From Macrostomum lignano (Eukaryota), in contig NIVC01000163.1 of NCBI GenBank assembly GCA_002269645.1, positions 186,001-250,000 on the forward strand: a DNA stretch of 64,000 nt, given 5' to 3'. The translations under genes were made by a program, and so were the position numbers. Below, in pieces: positions 37,982 through 53,964 of this stretch (position 1 is its first letter; each line of letters begins with the position of its first letter). Below the pieces are notes generated by a model. That model ran no database searches. It was not told the origin of the DNA and worked only from the letters and a program-made list of their open reading frames with translations.

Positions 37982-39305
37982 TTTTCTGTCTGTTTTCTGT
38001 CTGTTTCTGTCTGTTTCTCTCTGTTACTGTCTGTTTTCTGTCTGTTTCTATCTGTTACTGTCTGTTTTCTGTCTGTTTCTATCTGTTACTGTCTGTTTTC
38101 TGTCTGTTTCTATCTGTTACTGTATGTTTTCTGTCTGTTTCTGTCTGTTACTGTCTGTTTCTCTCTGTTACTGTCTGTTTTCTGTCTGTTTCTATCTGTT
38201 ACTGTATGTTTTCTGTCTGTTTCTGTCTGTTACTGTCTGTTTCTCTCTGTTACTGTCTGTTTTCTGTCTGTTTCTATCTGTTTCTGTCTGTTACTGTCTG
38301 TTTTCTGTCTGTTTCTATCTGTTTCTGTCTGTTTCTGTCTGTTTCTATCTGTTACTGTCTGTTTTCTGTCTGTTTCTATCTGTTTCTGTCTGTTTCTGTC
38401 TGTTTCTGTCTGTTTCTATCTGTTTCTGTCTGTTTCTGTCTGTTTCTGTCTGTTTCTATCTGTTTCTGTCTGTTTCTGTCTGTTTCTATCTGTTACTGTC
38501 TGTTTCTGTCTGTTTCTGTCTGTTTCTATCTGTTTCTGTCTGTTTCTGTCTGTTTCTGTCTGTTTCTATCTGTTTCTGTCTGTTTCTGTCTGTTTCTATC
38601 TGTTACTGTCTGTTTCTGTCTGTTTCTGTCTGTTTTCTGTCTGTTTCTGTCTGTTTCTGTCTGTTTCTGTCTGTTTCTATCTGTTACTGTCTGTTTTCTG
38701 TCTGTTTCTATCTGTTTCTGTCTGTTTCTGTCTGTTTCTGTCTGTTTCTATCTGTTTCTCTCTGTTACTGTCTGTTTTCTGTCTGTTTCTATCTGTTTCT
38801 GTCTGTTTCTGTCTGTTTCTATCTGTTTCTGTCTGTTTCTGTCTGTTTCTATCTGTTACTGTCTGTTTCTGTCTGTTTCTGTCTGTTTCTGTCTGTTTCT
38901 ATCTGTTTCTGTCTGCTTCTGTCTGTTTCTATCTGTTACTGTCTGTTTTCTGTCTGTTTCTATCTGTTTCTGTCTGTTTCTGTCTGTTTCTATCTGTTAC
39001 TGTCTGTTTTCTGTCTGTTACTGTCTGTTTTCTGTCTGTTTCTGTCTGTTTCTGTCTGTTTCTGTCTGTTTCTGTCTGTTTCTGTCTGTTTCTATCTGTT
39101 ACTGTCTGTTTTCTGTCTGTTTCTGTCTGTTTCTGTCTGTTTCTGTCTGTTTCTGTCTGTTTCTGTCTGTTACTGTCTGTTTTCTGTCTGTTTCTGTCTG
39201 TTTCTGTCTGTTACTGTCTGCTTCTGTGTGTTTTCTGTCTGTTTCTGTCTGTTTCTGTCTGTTTCTGTCTGCTTCTGTGTGTTCTGTCTGTGTTTTCTGT
39301 CTGTG
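37982..39305. repeat. (TTTCTGTCTG)n-type 10-bp compound repeat
   Basis: Direct reading; source of the C/F/L/S/V pseudo-ORFs. Confidence 0.96.
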
Positions 39306-39569
39306 TGTTGAGAGAATGTTCAGAAAACATATTTTTTCAATAAACACACTTGAATATACATGTATTAATGTTATCGACTAAAATGAACTATGCTGAACAG
39401 AGTTAAATCTGACCCAGTAATCAATATACAAAATAATTGAAGCCTTAATAGTAGATATAGGAGCATTTTTGGTGCCATTTAGTACAATTTTAGAAGCGTA
39501 CAAATTTTATGCGAAGTTGTACATAACTAAGAACACTCAAAATTTAAATTCCGCTTGCTCAAAGACAGT

Positions 39570-41733
<2,164 letters not shown>

Positions 41734-42057
41734 GTTTTTGGTATTTTCTAAGATACTAAGATCTAAGATCTCTTTGTGTGGATATTTTTTAAGGGTTTGT
41801 TTGTTTTCGTTGGTGACTATTCAGACTTGTCCGGAGTATATAAGTAAGCTAAGCCCAGTTCTACTGGTGCGGCAGGAATCCCAGTGGGAGAGGTTGGGGA
41901 TGGGAGTCTGCGGCCCCGATTCCCCATTCGGGCAGCCAATCCGATTCAATCTGTGAACTCGCTCCCCTCCCCGCTATTCAACCCCTCATTAGGGGGGGGG
42001 GGATAGCCAGGGACACTTCGAACTAGAATTTGGTGTGCCAACTCTTTAGGGGTTGTT

Positions 42058-42362
42058 GGTCCCCTTGCTGCTCATGGCGCCCCTTTGGTGCTCATGGCGC
42101 CCATTGCTGCTCATGGTGCGCCCATTGGTGCTCATGGCGCCCATTGCTGCTCATGGCGCCAATTGCTGCTCATGGCACCCCATTGCTGCTCATGGCGCCC
42201 CTTTGGTGCTCATGGCGCCCATTGGTGCTCATGGCACCCCATTGCTGCTCATGGCACCCTTTGGTGCTCATGGCGCCCATTGGTGCTCATGGCGCCCATT
42301 GGTGCTCATGGCGCCCATTGCTGCTCATGGCGCCCCTTTGGTGCTCATGGCGCCCCTTGGTG
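42058..42362. repeat. 19-20-bp minisatellite (TGSTGCTCATGGCGCCCMT)n
   Basis: CTCATGG recurs at 42071, 42091, 42110 and onward. Confidence 0.92.
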
Positions 42363-43282
42363 CTTTCTTAGCTGCACCGTTTTTTTTATTTTGTTCATTT
42401 ATTTAAGACTTCTGCCGAAATCCTCTTAGCTTTTAGATAAGGCGAAGCTCTCCTCATAATGAAGATTCTTTGGAGGAGCTGGCCGCTCCAGATTCTGGTT
42501 TAAAGATCTCCTTGGCTAGAACGCTCAACCTGCTGTCAAAATTTCTCTCGTCCAAATCATTTTTTAGAAATTTTTAAATATAATTAGACGCGCTAAATTT
42601 TGAAGCAGTTTTGAAGCTGTTTTTAAAGTTGTTTTGAAGATTTTTTGAAGCAGTTTTGAGGATGTTTTGAAATTCTTTTAAAGCTGTTTTGAAACTGTTT
42701 TTGAAGCTGTTTCTAAAGCTTATTCGGAAGTCACTAATCGTGTTAAACCCTCAATGCATCTTTTTCAGTTTAGTCCAATTATTATTTTTGCAAAGGTCCT
42801 CCGCGGGCCTGGCAACTCCAAGGCAAAAGAAAGCCAGCACTAAAACAAAACTGCACAATTCTACACTGACCGGCAGACCCCAGTAACCCGTAAGGAAATT
42901 TATATATTAGCTATCAGTAGTAGCTGTCATCTATCCTCATCCTATAGGGTTAATGCCGCTTGGCGTTGGCCCGACTGTTGCTTTAATTAGATTCCTCCCG
43001 TCAGTATGAAAGAATGAAGAAGAAGTATGAAAGAAAGATTGTCAGAAAATTAGTGGGAGATTATCGCTGGGGTGCAGGTGCTGGGGGGTTGGGGCAGCCT
43101 CATTAGCCAATTCAATAGCGGCAGAGTTTTTAGGGAGATTCGCCAAGCTTTGACTGCATGGGCCTGATACTGATCTCTGTGTGTTCAGCTCGACCGTGGC
43201 GTTCTAGATACAATATCTGGATTGAACGGGGTAGTTAGAGAGAAACTTTTCCTAATTCGAGTTTTGAGTGTAATAAGTAGGG

Positions 43283-43490
43283 TTTGCGGCGCCAAAATGA
43301 GTGCCTGCGGTGCTAAAATGAGTGCCTGCGGCGCCAAAATGAGTGCATGCGGCGCTAAAATGAGTGCCTGCGGTGCTAAAATGAGTGCCTGCGACACCAA
43401 AATGAGTGCATGCGGCGCTAAAATGAGTGCCTGCAGCGCCAAAATGAGTGCCTGCAGCGCTAAAATGAGTGCCCGCGGCGCTAAAATGGT
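43283..43490. repeat. 21-bp minisatellite (GCGGCGCCAAAATGAGTGCCT)n
   Basis: Direct reading, ~10 copies. Confidence 0.93.
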
Positions 43491-44439
43491 AAAACGCATC
43501 TGGTAATCTGGTAAAACGCGGTGCATCTTGGATGGGAAACCGAGGAGGCGGACAGGTTTCCAAACCGGATTGCTAGGTTTTTGGAGCCATCTGGCGGTAT
43601 AGGAACTTGCAGGGGAAAGCACATTATGGGCCTGGGGTTTTTCAGCTTGACTTTCGTTTGCAGTAAAGTCTTCGTTTTTACAGCTTGTAGGCTTAGGGCC
43701 GTGGGGGGGGGGGGGGGGCTCGTGCCTCGGTAGTCATGTTTGGTTAATTTCTTGTGTGGGTATAGATGGGCAATAACCAGAAACTGATACACCCCACTAG
43801 CCCCCTGTTGCCAGGGAAAATGCCATTTCAGCTAATCATGATATCTATTCCCTATACTCCTAACCCTCAGCGTCCCCCCCAGCGACGAGAAATAAGGAAG
43901 CCGAGGGGGAAGTGGAGTGGGGGGTCCAGTTAGTTAAACAAATTAACACCCATTTTCTAGTTGGCCCATAATTCGACAGCAAGGCTGACAGAAGGGCCAA
44001 AACGCGGTGCGGCGGTTGCAGGCAGGCAGTTAACTCCAATTAGGGGTCTGTTTGTTAGAACTCGCTTGCGGTTGCCTAAGTGGCTTGGCTTGTTGTCTGC
44101 CGAAGCTTACAGTTAGCACTGGCTTAACTAACCCCCTCAGCAAGGGAATTCTCTGAAAAATGGCTCCTAAATTCTATATAATTTCTACCTTTTTTCCGAT
44201 CCAAGATTCCTCTCTCCCAGGAGAGGCGGGTGACTTTTGCTGAGCAAAGCAATAAAACATTGCCGCCCCCAGTCACCCAGCTGGGAGATCGAGTCAAGCG
44301 AAACGCTTTTCGAAGAAATACCCTTGGGAATTCGATTTTTCATGCGAGTAGCGGCAGTTAGGAGAGGCATAAAAAGTGGAGTCAACCCATGTCTCTGAAA
44401 ATGCATTATTATAATATATGATCATCTTCAATTGAGAGA

Positions 44440-46630
44440 TCTGGGAGAGATTAGAGAGAGAGAGAGAGATCAGAGTGATTAGAGAGATCAGAGTGATTAG
44501 AGAGATCAGAGAGATTAGAGAGATCAGAGAGATCAGAGAGATCAGAGAGATCAGAGAGATCAAAGTGATTAGAGAGAGATCAGAGAGATCAGAGTGATTA
44601 GAGTGATCAGAGAGATCAGAGAGATCAGAGTCATTAGAGAGATCAGAGAGATTAGAGAGATCAGAGTGATTAGAGAGATCAGAGAGATTAGAGAGATCAG
44701 AGTGATTAGAGAGATCAGAGAGATTAGAGAGATCAGAGAGAGATCAGAGTGATTAGAAAGAGATAGAGTGATTAGAAAGAGATAGAGTGATCAGAGAGAT
44801 CAGAGTGATTAGAGAGATCAGAGAGATCAGAGAGAGATCAGAGTGATTAGAAAGAGATAGAGTGATCAGAGAGATCAGAGTGATTAGAGAGATCAGAGAG
44901 ATCAAAGAGAGATCAGAGAGATCAGAGAGATCAGAGTGATTAGAGAGAGATCAGAGAGATCAGAGAGATCAGAGTGATTAGAGAGAGATCAGAGAGATCA
45001 GAGAGATCAGAGAGATCAGAGAGATCAGAAAGATCAGAGAGATCAGAGAGATCAGAGAGATCAGAGAGATTAGAGAGATCAGAGAGATTAGAGAGATCAG
45101 AGAGAGATCAGAGTGATTAGAAAGAGATAGAGTGATTAGAAAGAGATAGAGTGATCAGAGAGATCAGAGTGATCAGAGAGATCAGAGTGATTAGAGAGAG
45201 ATCAGAGAGATCAGAGAGATCAGAGAGATCAGAGAGATCAGAGAGATTAGAGAGATCAGAGAGATTAGAGAGATCAGAGAGAGATCAGAGTGATTAGAAA
45301 GAGATAGAGTGATTAGAAAGAGATAGAGTGATCAGAGAGATCAGAGTGATCAGAGAGATCAGAGAGATCAGAGTGATTAGAGAGATCAGAGAGATTAGAG
45401 AGATCAGAGTGATTAGAGAGATCAGAGAGATCAGAGAGAGATCAGAGAGATCAGAGAGATCAGAGAGATCAGAGAGATCAGAGAGATCAGAGAGATCAGA
45501 GAGAGATCAGAGAGATCAGAGAGATCAGAGAGAGATCAGAGAGATCAGAGAGATCAGAGAGAGATCAGAGAGATCAGAGAGATCAGAGAGATCAGAGAGA
45601 GATCAGAGAGAGATCAGAGAGATCAGAGAGATTAGAGAGATCAGAGAGATCAGAGAGAGATCAGAGAGATCAGAGAGATCAGAGAGATCAGAGAGAGATC
45701 AGAGAGATCAGAGAGATCAGAGAGATCAGAGAGATCAGAGTGATTAGAGAGATCAGAGAGATTAGAGAGATCAGAGTGATTAGAGAGATCAGAGAGATCA
45801 GAGAGAGATCAGAGAGATCAGAGAGATCAGAGAGATCAGAGAGATCAGAGAGATCAGAGAGATCAGAGAGATCAGAGAGATCAGAGAGAGATCAGAGAGA
45901 TCAGAGAGATCAGAGAGAGATCAAAGAGATCAGAGAGATCAGAGAGAGATCAGAGAGATCAGAGAGATCAGAGAGATCAGAGAGATCAGAGAGAGATCAG
46001 AGTGATCAGAGAGATCAGAGAGATCAGAGTGATTAGAGAGATCAGAGAGATTAGAGAGATCAGAGTGATTAGAGAGATCAGAGAGATCAGAGAGATCAGA
46101 GAGAGATCAGAGTGATCAGAGAGATCAGAGAGATCAGAGAGATTAGAGAGATCAGAGAGATCAGAGAGATCAGAGTGATTAGAGAGATCAGAGAGATTAG
46201 AGATATCAGAGTGATTAGAGAGATCAGAGAGATCAGAGAGATCAGAGAGATCAGAGAGATCAGAGAGATCAGAGAGATCAGAGAGATCAGAGAGATCAGA
46301 GAGATCAGAGAGATCAGAGAGAGATCAGAGAGATCAGAGAGATCAGAGAGAGATCAGAGAGATCAGAGAGATCAGAGAGATCAGAGAGATCAGAGAGAGA
46401 TCAGAGAGATCAGAGAGAGATCAGAGAGATCAGAGAGATCAGAGAGATCAGAGAGATCAGAGAGAGATCAGAGAGATCAGAGAGATCAGAGAGATCAGAG
46501 AGATCAGAGAGAGATCAGAGAGATCAGAGAGATCAGAGAGAGATCAGAGAGATCAGAGAGATCAGAGAGAGATCAGAGTGATCAGAAAGACGAGAGTTAC
46601 GAGTAATGGGAGTGACCAGTGATCAGGGTG
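44440..46630. repeat. (AGAGAGATC)n 9-bp satellite, ~2.2 kb
   Basis: Direct reading; source of the IRE/SER/DQR pseudo-ORFs. Confidence 0.97.
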
Positions 46631-46994
46631 ATCAGAGTGATCAGAGCAGATATGGGCATGACTGCTCAATAAGGAATGAAACTGAAAGCAGAGGTGTGAA
46701 CTAATCGTCATGCACACCCTATTTCAAACACAAATGAATAAAACTAGAAGCTCATCTTTAAAGAAAAAATGCGGAAACAAAAATCTCGATTAAAAAGCGC
46801 CAGAAAATAGAAATTAATAATAGTATAAATTTGTACTGCAATAAATTTATTTTTTGCACCCATACACTCTAGACTCTGCTTCTTTTACAGAACAGGTGAA
46901 CAGGGCTTCAGTTTGATATTTTGTTAGTCGGTAAACATATTGGTGAAATAACAAAGGAGAGCGAGATAAACAGCTAAGCCAATTTATACTTGAA

Positions 46995-47000
46995 TTTATT
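46995..47000 (-). terminator. Candidate polyadenylation signal of the uncharacterised gene
   Basis: AATAAA on the minus strand 160 nt after the TAG at 47161; a second copy lies at 46851-46846. Confidence 0.4.
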
Positions 47001-47160
47001 CGGTTTCGACACAGGAACCTTTGGTCATGGACATTTACAATAAAGAAACTGGTTTAAAAGTCCATGGCCAATCAGTTTACTCTCAGTAGTATATAAAGCA
47101 AAAAATGAAGTTGATTTCGCCTCTAAAACAGTCCAAAAGAAGAAATTCTGCAGCGAGTCG

Positions 47161-49893
47161 CTAATGCTTGGCTTTGGCCTTGGCCTTGGGCACGGGAGCC
47201 ATGATGTAAACCAGCTCGGAGGCCTTCTGATACAGCTGGTCCAGATCCTCCTCGTCCTGCAGGGCCGCGATGCGAGCCGACTGAGGCCGGGTGTACTTGC
47301 CCAGGGGGGTCGGCTCTGCCCGTCTGGATGTGCCGCCTCCGCCGCCCTGACCGTCCTCGCCGTTGGGAGCGGCGCCTCCGGTTTCAACGTCGTCGCCGTC
47401 GGCGGTGCCGTCGACGTCGGCTTCTTGCTGACCCCGTCGACCATCCCCTGCGGCAGCCTGGGGCAGGTTGTTGTTTCGGATGTTTTAAGTCTTATTTAAT
47501 TATCCTGGCATTTTAACCTACTAATAGTAGTGATAAACAATTAAATATTGCTAAACAAACCCCAATCTCCCACAAACCCCAATCTCCCACAAACCCCAAT
47601 CTCCCACAAACCCCAATCTCCCACAAACCCCAATCTCCCACAAACCCCACACTCTCACAAACCCCACACTCTCTCGAAACCCCACACTCTCACAAACCCC
47701 ACACTCTCACAAACCCCACACTCTCTCGAAACCCAATCTCCCACAAACCCCACTCTCACAAACCCCACACTCTCACAAACCCCACACTCTCACAAACCCC
47801 ACACTCTCACAAACCCCACACTCTCACAAACCCCACACTCTCACAAACCCCACACTCTCACAAACCCCACACTCTCACAAACCCCACACTCTCACAAAAT
47901 CCACACTCCCACAAACCCCACATTCCCACAAACCCCAAACTTCCACAAACTTAAACTTCTACAAAGCCTTAAAATTTCACAAACCCTGATAATACCCATA
48001 CTAATTGATTACACCTGTCCTTATGGGCAGATGTGCAACCGACAGCTCAGCCGCAGCTATTGCGCGGCGCATCTAAAGGCTGCGTACGGCTGTTCAGTCC
48101 AAGGACTGGGGGTCGCCACACACCCTCAATTACCCCAGCTAATGCTGGCAAACAAAATCATAGTTTTAGAAATGCATCAGTTTTTATTGCCTTTTTACTA
48201 GACGACCGCTTGAAACGTTTTCTCAAAATGACGGTGATATTTCTGCGTATTATCGAAAACTTTTTGAATCTGTATGCAATATAGGTATATCGGCTACTAA
48301 CCTCTTTCTGCTGTTTCTCCTCGGCCCTGCGCTTCTCCTCCTCGTATTCTTCGAGCTGAAGAGTGAAGGAATAGTCTGGTAAATAATAAGTCCCGTTTCA
48401 ATGTGTGTTCAGCTGACTAAGAAGCTTTGAAAGCTGAGATGTCTGTTTACTATTGGAGTGTGGCTATCAGTTAACAGTATTGCTACTTCTATCCAACCTC
48501 TCATACGCGGCGTGAAGTGGAAGTTTGTCCATCTTATATATGTACACTTTGAATGTACCTTTGCAACCCCCCCCCCTCACGCGACGAGAGGATGGCTGCT
48601 AGTCTGTCTAGAGCCAGTATGTACATTTCTTCACCTCCCCCAAGGCGATAAGAGAATGGCTGCTGGTCTGTCTAGGGCCAGTGCACACTCTCAGTGTACA
48701 TTCTTAACCCCTCAACGTGACGGTGTCTGTATATTTTACTAACTGATTTATTAGGATTCGGCGGCCAAAATTCTTTCCAGTCGGTGTCTTGCTGACTGTC
48801 TTCGGATTTTTCCTGCCGCTTGTCCTCGCTCTCCACAACGCCTTCCATAACCAGCTTGCGCATTCGCTTCTTCTCAGACTCAGCTAGCTGTTTCTCTTTG
48901 GCCTGCTGGCTCTCCTGGAAAGTTGAAGTTGATGGAAATAGATTGGTGTCCAATAATCTTCTGAAATCTTGTGTTATGGTTTAGGTAAGGTCAGATTTCT
49001 ATCTCTAATACAGAAACGACTAACTCAGTGCTCACATAATACTTAATCTCAAGTCGATTTTTCAGCTCGTGCACAAATTTCTTGTCGGTGACATCGGGCT
49101 CTCGATCGCCCATGACTTGGTCGTAGCGACGCTGTCGTTGAGTGGCCGGCATTTTGGCTGCTGCTGCTGCCGCCTTGGCTGCTGGAGATGGTCCTGAATG
49201 AGCGGTTCGACATAGGGAAGAGTCAAGAAACCAGCATGGTCCATCAGAATAAGAAGGCCTATGATATTTGCGTTATCAATCTTGTGGGTTTATAATCCAT
49301 GGTTTATCTAATCCTGAGGGTTTATAATCCATGGTTTATTTAATCCTGAGGGTTTATAATCCATGGTTGATCAAAACCATAGGGTTTATAATCCATGGTT
49401 TATTAACTAGTAAGGGTTTATAATCCATGGTTTATCAAATCCTGAGGGTTTATAATTCACGGTTTATCAAATCTAGAGGGTTTACAATCCAAGGTTTATC
49501 AACTCCTGAGGTTTTACAATCCATGGTTTATCAACTCCTGTGTTTTATAATCCTTGGTTTATCAGACCATAAAGGTTTATGACCAATCTAATATGAAAGT
49601 ATGAGGGTTTTATGGAATTATGACTGATTGGTATTGTGTATCAAAACGTGAATGAAAGGTAGAGTTTGTTTAAATTCAGAGTTTTATAATCGTAACGGTT
49701 TTTTCGAGCCCCAAGTTTTATGATGAGATCTCCAAACTTGGCTGCTAAGAGTATTTGGGGCTAGGATTAGGGCTGGGGTTGATGCAGCGTTGATGACAGA
49801 GTTTCTAAGAGCCTTATGCTTATTATAGCGGGTTTTCTACTTTGTATAATTAAATATTTTGCATTGGAACTTACCTCCCTCACCCGGAGACAT
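47161..49893 (-). CDS. Uncharacterised charged/coiled-coil protein, ~232 aa
   Basis: Phase-consistent exons 49893-49875 (MSPGEG, least certain), 49193-49036, 48914-48744, 48355-48302 and 47457-47161 (699 nt), ending in TAG. Translation includes RRYDQVMGDREPDVTDKKFVHELKNRLEIKYY, ESQQAKEKQLAESEKKRMRKL, TDWKEFWPP, LEEYEEEKRRAEEKQQKE and KYTRPQSARIAALQDEEDLDQLYQKASELVYIM. An AATAAA lies on the minus strand at 47000-46995. I do not recognise the family. Confidence 0.62.
47555..47950. repeat. 18-bp minisatellite (CACAAACCCCACACTCTC)n
   Basis: Direct reading; intron 4 of the uncharacterised gene. Confidence 0.92.
49285..49580. repeat. Degenerate ~31-bp repeat (GAGGGTTTATAATCCATGGTTTATC...)
   Basis: About 9 diverged copies; intron 1 of the uncharacterised gene. 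Confidence 0.8.
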
Positions 49894-50584
49894 ATATAGC
49901 GGTCAAGGGTCAGGTACCTGACTTTACTTTGCTTTAAATATTATCTTTATATTTGCTAACAGTCTCCAAGCTTCCACTGCTCAAAGAAACTGGTTCCTGC
50001 TGCTTTCGGCTTCTTTATTTGCTTCTTTTTCGACTGTACAGCTTTGAGGGGAAATTTAACCAGACCCTGCTTAAGGGTGGAAGGCAAACTATAAGGAAGG
50101 CTTTATCACCAATTGTACGCGCGGCGTTGTCATAGCAACAGCGACGCCCTCCACGCTTCTCCCCCTTATACAGAGAGGTCTCAGAACAATTTTCATCTCT
50201 GCGAGATCCGCAGCCTCCGCCCCCCCCCCCCCCCACTGTCACGCACAGCGGTTTTAAAAATATTAGGAGACACAGCTATGGGCATAGCTAAGGCCTCATA
50301 AAACTACTATTGCTGCGCCAATGCTCAGCGGGGAAGATAGACTAGGGGGGATTTTTAGCAGGCTGGAAGAAAGGGAAGATGTTAGGGTGCAGGGCGAGAG
50401 CGAGACGGGAATGCGTGGAGACTGGAACATGCGCCCAGCCCCATCTATGAAAGCTGCATTCTGACCTGATAACGGGACGCTAAGAGTTGTTGTCAACGGC
50501 AACAGACAGTTTTAAGATACGAGATGGAAGAGAAATGGAGAAGGATAGTATGACTGAATTTTTCAACTAGAAATGGAAGCAACG

Positions 50585-50925
50585 AGAGGAGAAAGGAGAG
50601 GGGAAAGAGAGGAAGAAAGAGGAGAGGAAGAAAGAGGAGAGGAAGAAAGAGAGAGAGGGAGAGAGTGAGAGATGACAGAGGGGGAGAGAGGAGAGGGGAG
50701 ACAGAGGGGAGACAGAGGAGAGAGGAGAGGACAGAGGAGAGATGGAAAGGGAGCTGGGAGAGGGAGAGTGAGAAACGGGGAGGGAAAGGGAGAAATGGGA
50801 GAGGGAGCGGGAGAAAGGGGAGAGAGAGGAGGGAGAGAGTGGAGGGGAGAGGGGGAGAGTGAGGGAAAGAAGAGAAGAGTGGGGGTAGAGAGGGCGAGAA
50901 GAGAGCTAAAGATAGAGATGGAGAA
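50585..50925. repeat. GA-rich low-complexity tract
   Basis: Direct reading. Confidence 0.85.
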
Positions 50926-51957
50926 ATATGATTTGAAAAGAGAGATTAGATAGCAAGGAAAAGTATATTTTTTGTTTAATAAAATATTTTTTCTTTAATG
51001 TGATTCAAAAATCATAACAAGCAAACAGTTAAGAACGGAGACTTACCAACAACAAAAGTGCCTTGGTTACTCAGAACGAGACGCAGATTTGGTTACGAAG
51101 GAGAGGAGGGTGGAGAGGCAAACAGGTCGAGCTTTTAGCAAGCGAGACGAGACGAGAAGGTAAGACAGAAAGCAACACGGTAACTACAAGCCTTAGCGAC
51201 AGCCACAGCAACCCCCCCTCCTGTCGCCATTCCCAGCCTTATCTTGCGCCGATTTAAACTACATTACAAATAATGTTCGAACCAGACTACTAGTGCACAG
51301 CGCGCGAGTCTGTGTACACTGACTAGACGAGAGGCAACGGGGGGTGTAGCCAAATAGCTCAATGGGTTCATAATAGCCAGCCGCTAGCTGGGCAGTTGAA
51401 AGAAATGGAAAGGGTTGTGTTTTTAAGAGAGCTCAAACAAGATTGTTTCCACGAAGAGTGCGCAGCGCAGTGGACGGAGTTTTACACAATAGCGAATGAG
51501 GCACAGCGAGAGGCTGAGAGAGGCTTTGATGGAGACATTTTACTATCCATCCATATTCCGCCTGATGGAGCACTGGAATCTTCAGTTGAGAGTAAATTGG
51601 AAAGAATTTTAATACTCTGTAACTGGGACAGGTGCTTTAAAATAGCAACTGCCACCAATTCGATCAAATATTCGATCAGAATTCGTCGAACTCATACTCG
51701 TAACTTTTTTTAACACAACGAAAAATGCAGAAAGTGAGTGGAACACTTTTTTTTGAAAGAAGGAGAGCATTGTAAGATGGTTTGCTTAGTTGATTGCGTG
51801 TGCGCGCGTTCACTAGCTCTTATGTACATTTGCTCGCTGTACAATGATAATATATAAGTGAATGCCTTGGCGCCCTGGGCAGCCAAGAGTTGGTCTACGC
51901 CTTAAGCCAATTTCTCGTTTTCGCTTGTTCTTACACATGTAAACAGGATTCTTATGC

Positions 51958-53320
51958 GCCCCCTGACCCCACCTAGCACCCCTGACCCATCAAGCACCCC
52001 CTGACCCCCACCTAGCACCCCTAACCCCATCTAGCACCCCCTGACCCCCATTTAGCACCCCTGACCCCATCTAGCACCCCTGACCCCATTTAGCACCCCC
52101 TGACCTTAACCAGCAACCCCCTGACCCCCATTTAGCACCCCTGACCCATCTAGCACCCCCTGACCCCATCTAGCACCCCTGACCCAATCTAGCACCACTG
52201 ACCCCCATCTAGCACCCCCTGACCCCATCTAGCACCCCTGACCCAATCTAGCACCACTGACCCCCATCTAGCACCCCTGACCCCACCTAGCACCCCTGAC
52301 CCCACCTAGCACCCCTGACCCATCAAGCACCCCCTGACCCCCACCTAGCACCCCTAACACCATCTAGCACCCCTGACCCCCATTTAGCACCCCTGACCCC
52401 ATCTAGCACCCCTGACCCCCATTTAGCACCCCTGACCCCATCTAGCACCCCCTGACCCCATCTAGCATCCCTGACCCCATCTAGCACCACTGACCCCATC
52501 TAGCACCCCCTGACCCCATCTAGCACCCCTGACCCCATTTAGCACCCCCTGACCTTAACCAGCAACCCCCTGACGCCCATTTAGCACCCCTGACCCATCT
52601 AGCACCCCCTGACCCCACCTAGCACCCCTGACCCATCAAGCACCCCCTGACCCCCACCTAGCACCCCTAACCCCATCTAGCACCCCCTGACCCCCATTTA
52701 GCACCCCTGACCCCATCTAGCACCCCTGACCCCATCTAGCACCCCCTGACCCCCATTTAGCACCCCTGACCCCATCTAGCACCCCCTGACCCCATCTAGC
52801 ACCCCTGACCCCATTTAGCACCCCCTGACCTTAACCAGCAACCCCCTGACCCCCATTTAGCACCCCTGACCCATCTAGCACCCCCTGACCCCATCTAGCA
52901 CCCCTGACCCCACCTAGCACCCCTGACCCCATCTAGCACATCCTGACCCCATTTAGCACCCCTGACCCCATCTAGCACCCCCTGACCATCATTTAGCACC
53001 CCTGACCCCATCTAGTACCCCCTGACCCCAACCAGCACCCCCTGACCCCATCTAGTACCCCCTGACCCCATCTAGTACCCCCTGACCCCAACCAGCACCC
53101 CCTGACCCCATCTAGTACCCCCTGACCCCAACCAGCACCCCCTGACCTTAACCAGCAACCCCCTGACCCCCATTTAGCACCCCTGACCCCACCTAGCACC
53201 CCCTGACCCCCATCTAGCACCCCCTGACCCCCATCTAGCACCCCCTGACCCCCATCTAGCACCCCCTGACCCCGTCTAGCATCCTCTGACCCCATATAGC
53301 ACCCCTGAACCCATCTAGCA
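51958..53320. repeat. ~19-21-bp minisatellite (CACCCCTGACCCCATCTAG)n
   Basis: Direct reading. Confidence 0.95.
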
Positions 53321-53964
53321 TCACTTAACCTCTCTGATTATTCTGATTAGCTAATGGCCCAGAAACTTAGGATCTTGGAGGCTGCCCCTAGCAACTGACA
53401 AGCAGCAAGAGAGGTTCGTAATAGTTTTTAGTGACTTTCACGAAACCGCATATACGCTGACAGACACAGTGGCAGCTTAGCTTTCATTAGATAGTGTATT
53501 TTAGTAACAAGTTCAGATCAGTGCGCCAATATGTTAAGCGTTATTGAAAACGCACGCGGCTATAAAAAGATAAAATTACTAATTATTTTTTTCAGAGGTT
53601 GCTTAAGAATTATAGCTAACTAGCCATGCAGTTGATGCTTTTTATACAGGTATCGGCATTATAGAATAATGGCAATAGTGCAAACACACACAGAAAATGC
53701 TAGTTCGAACGTCAAAATCTAATACTCGTAGACGGCTGGCTATTAAACAAACAGCCCACTAGTGTGCGAAACTTTACACCTGCACAGTAGTAATTCACAA
53801 TTTATTGTTAAGAAAAATATAGGAATAAAATGTTTAGTCCACAATAACCAAGTAGTATAATAATCGTTTGATTTATTTACAGATACAACGATTTTTTTAA
53901 CAGGATGAATTATAAAAAATAGGAGCTGTTTAAGGATGAGGATTTCCGAGATAAGGCGAAAATA

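Noticed and set aside
47025-47444. Track ORF MVDGVSKKPTST... (139 aa, minus)
   Set aside because: Wrong frame. The phase-consistent exon 47457-47161 uses a different frame that ends at TAG 47163-47161.
51338-51400. GGGGGTGTAGC...TAGCTCAATGG resembling a tRNA-Ala 5' end or a tRNA-derived SINE
   Set aside because: I cannot fold a cloverleaf and there is no TTCRA B-box at the proper spacing.
51396-51713. 105-codon plus-strand ORF (KEMERVVFLRELKQDCFHEEC...)
   Set aside because: It starts at TTG, has no recognisable domain and no convincing flanking splice sites or partner exons. It might be a TE fragment, but this is unsupported without a search.
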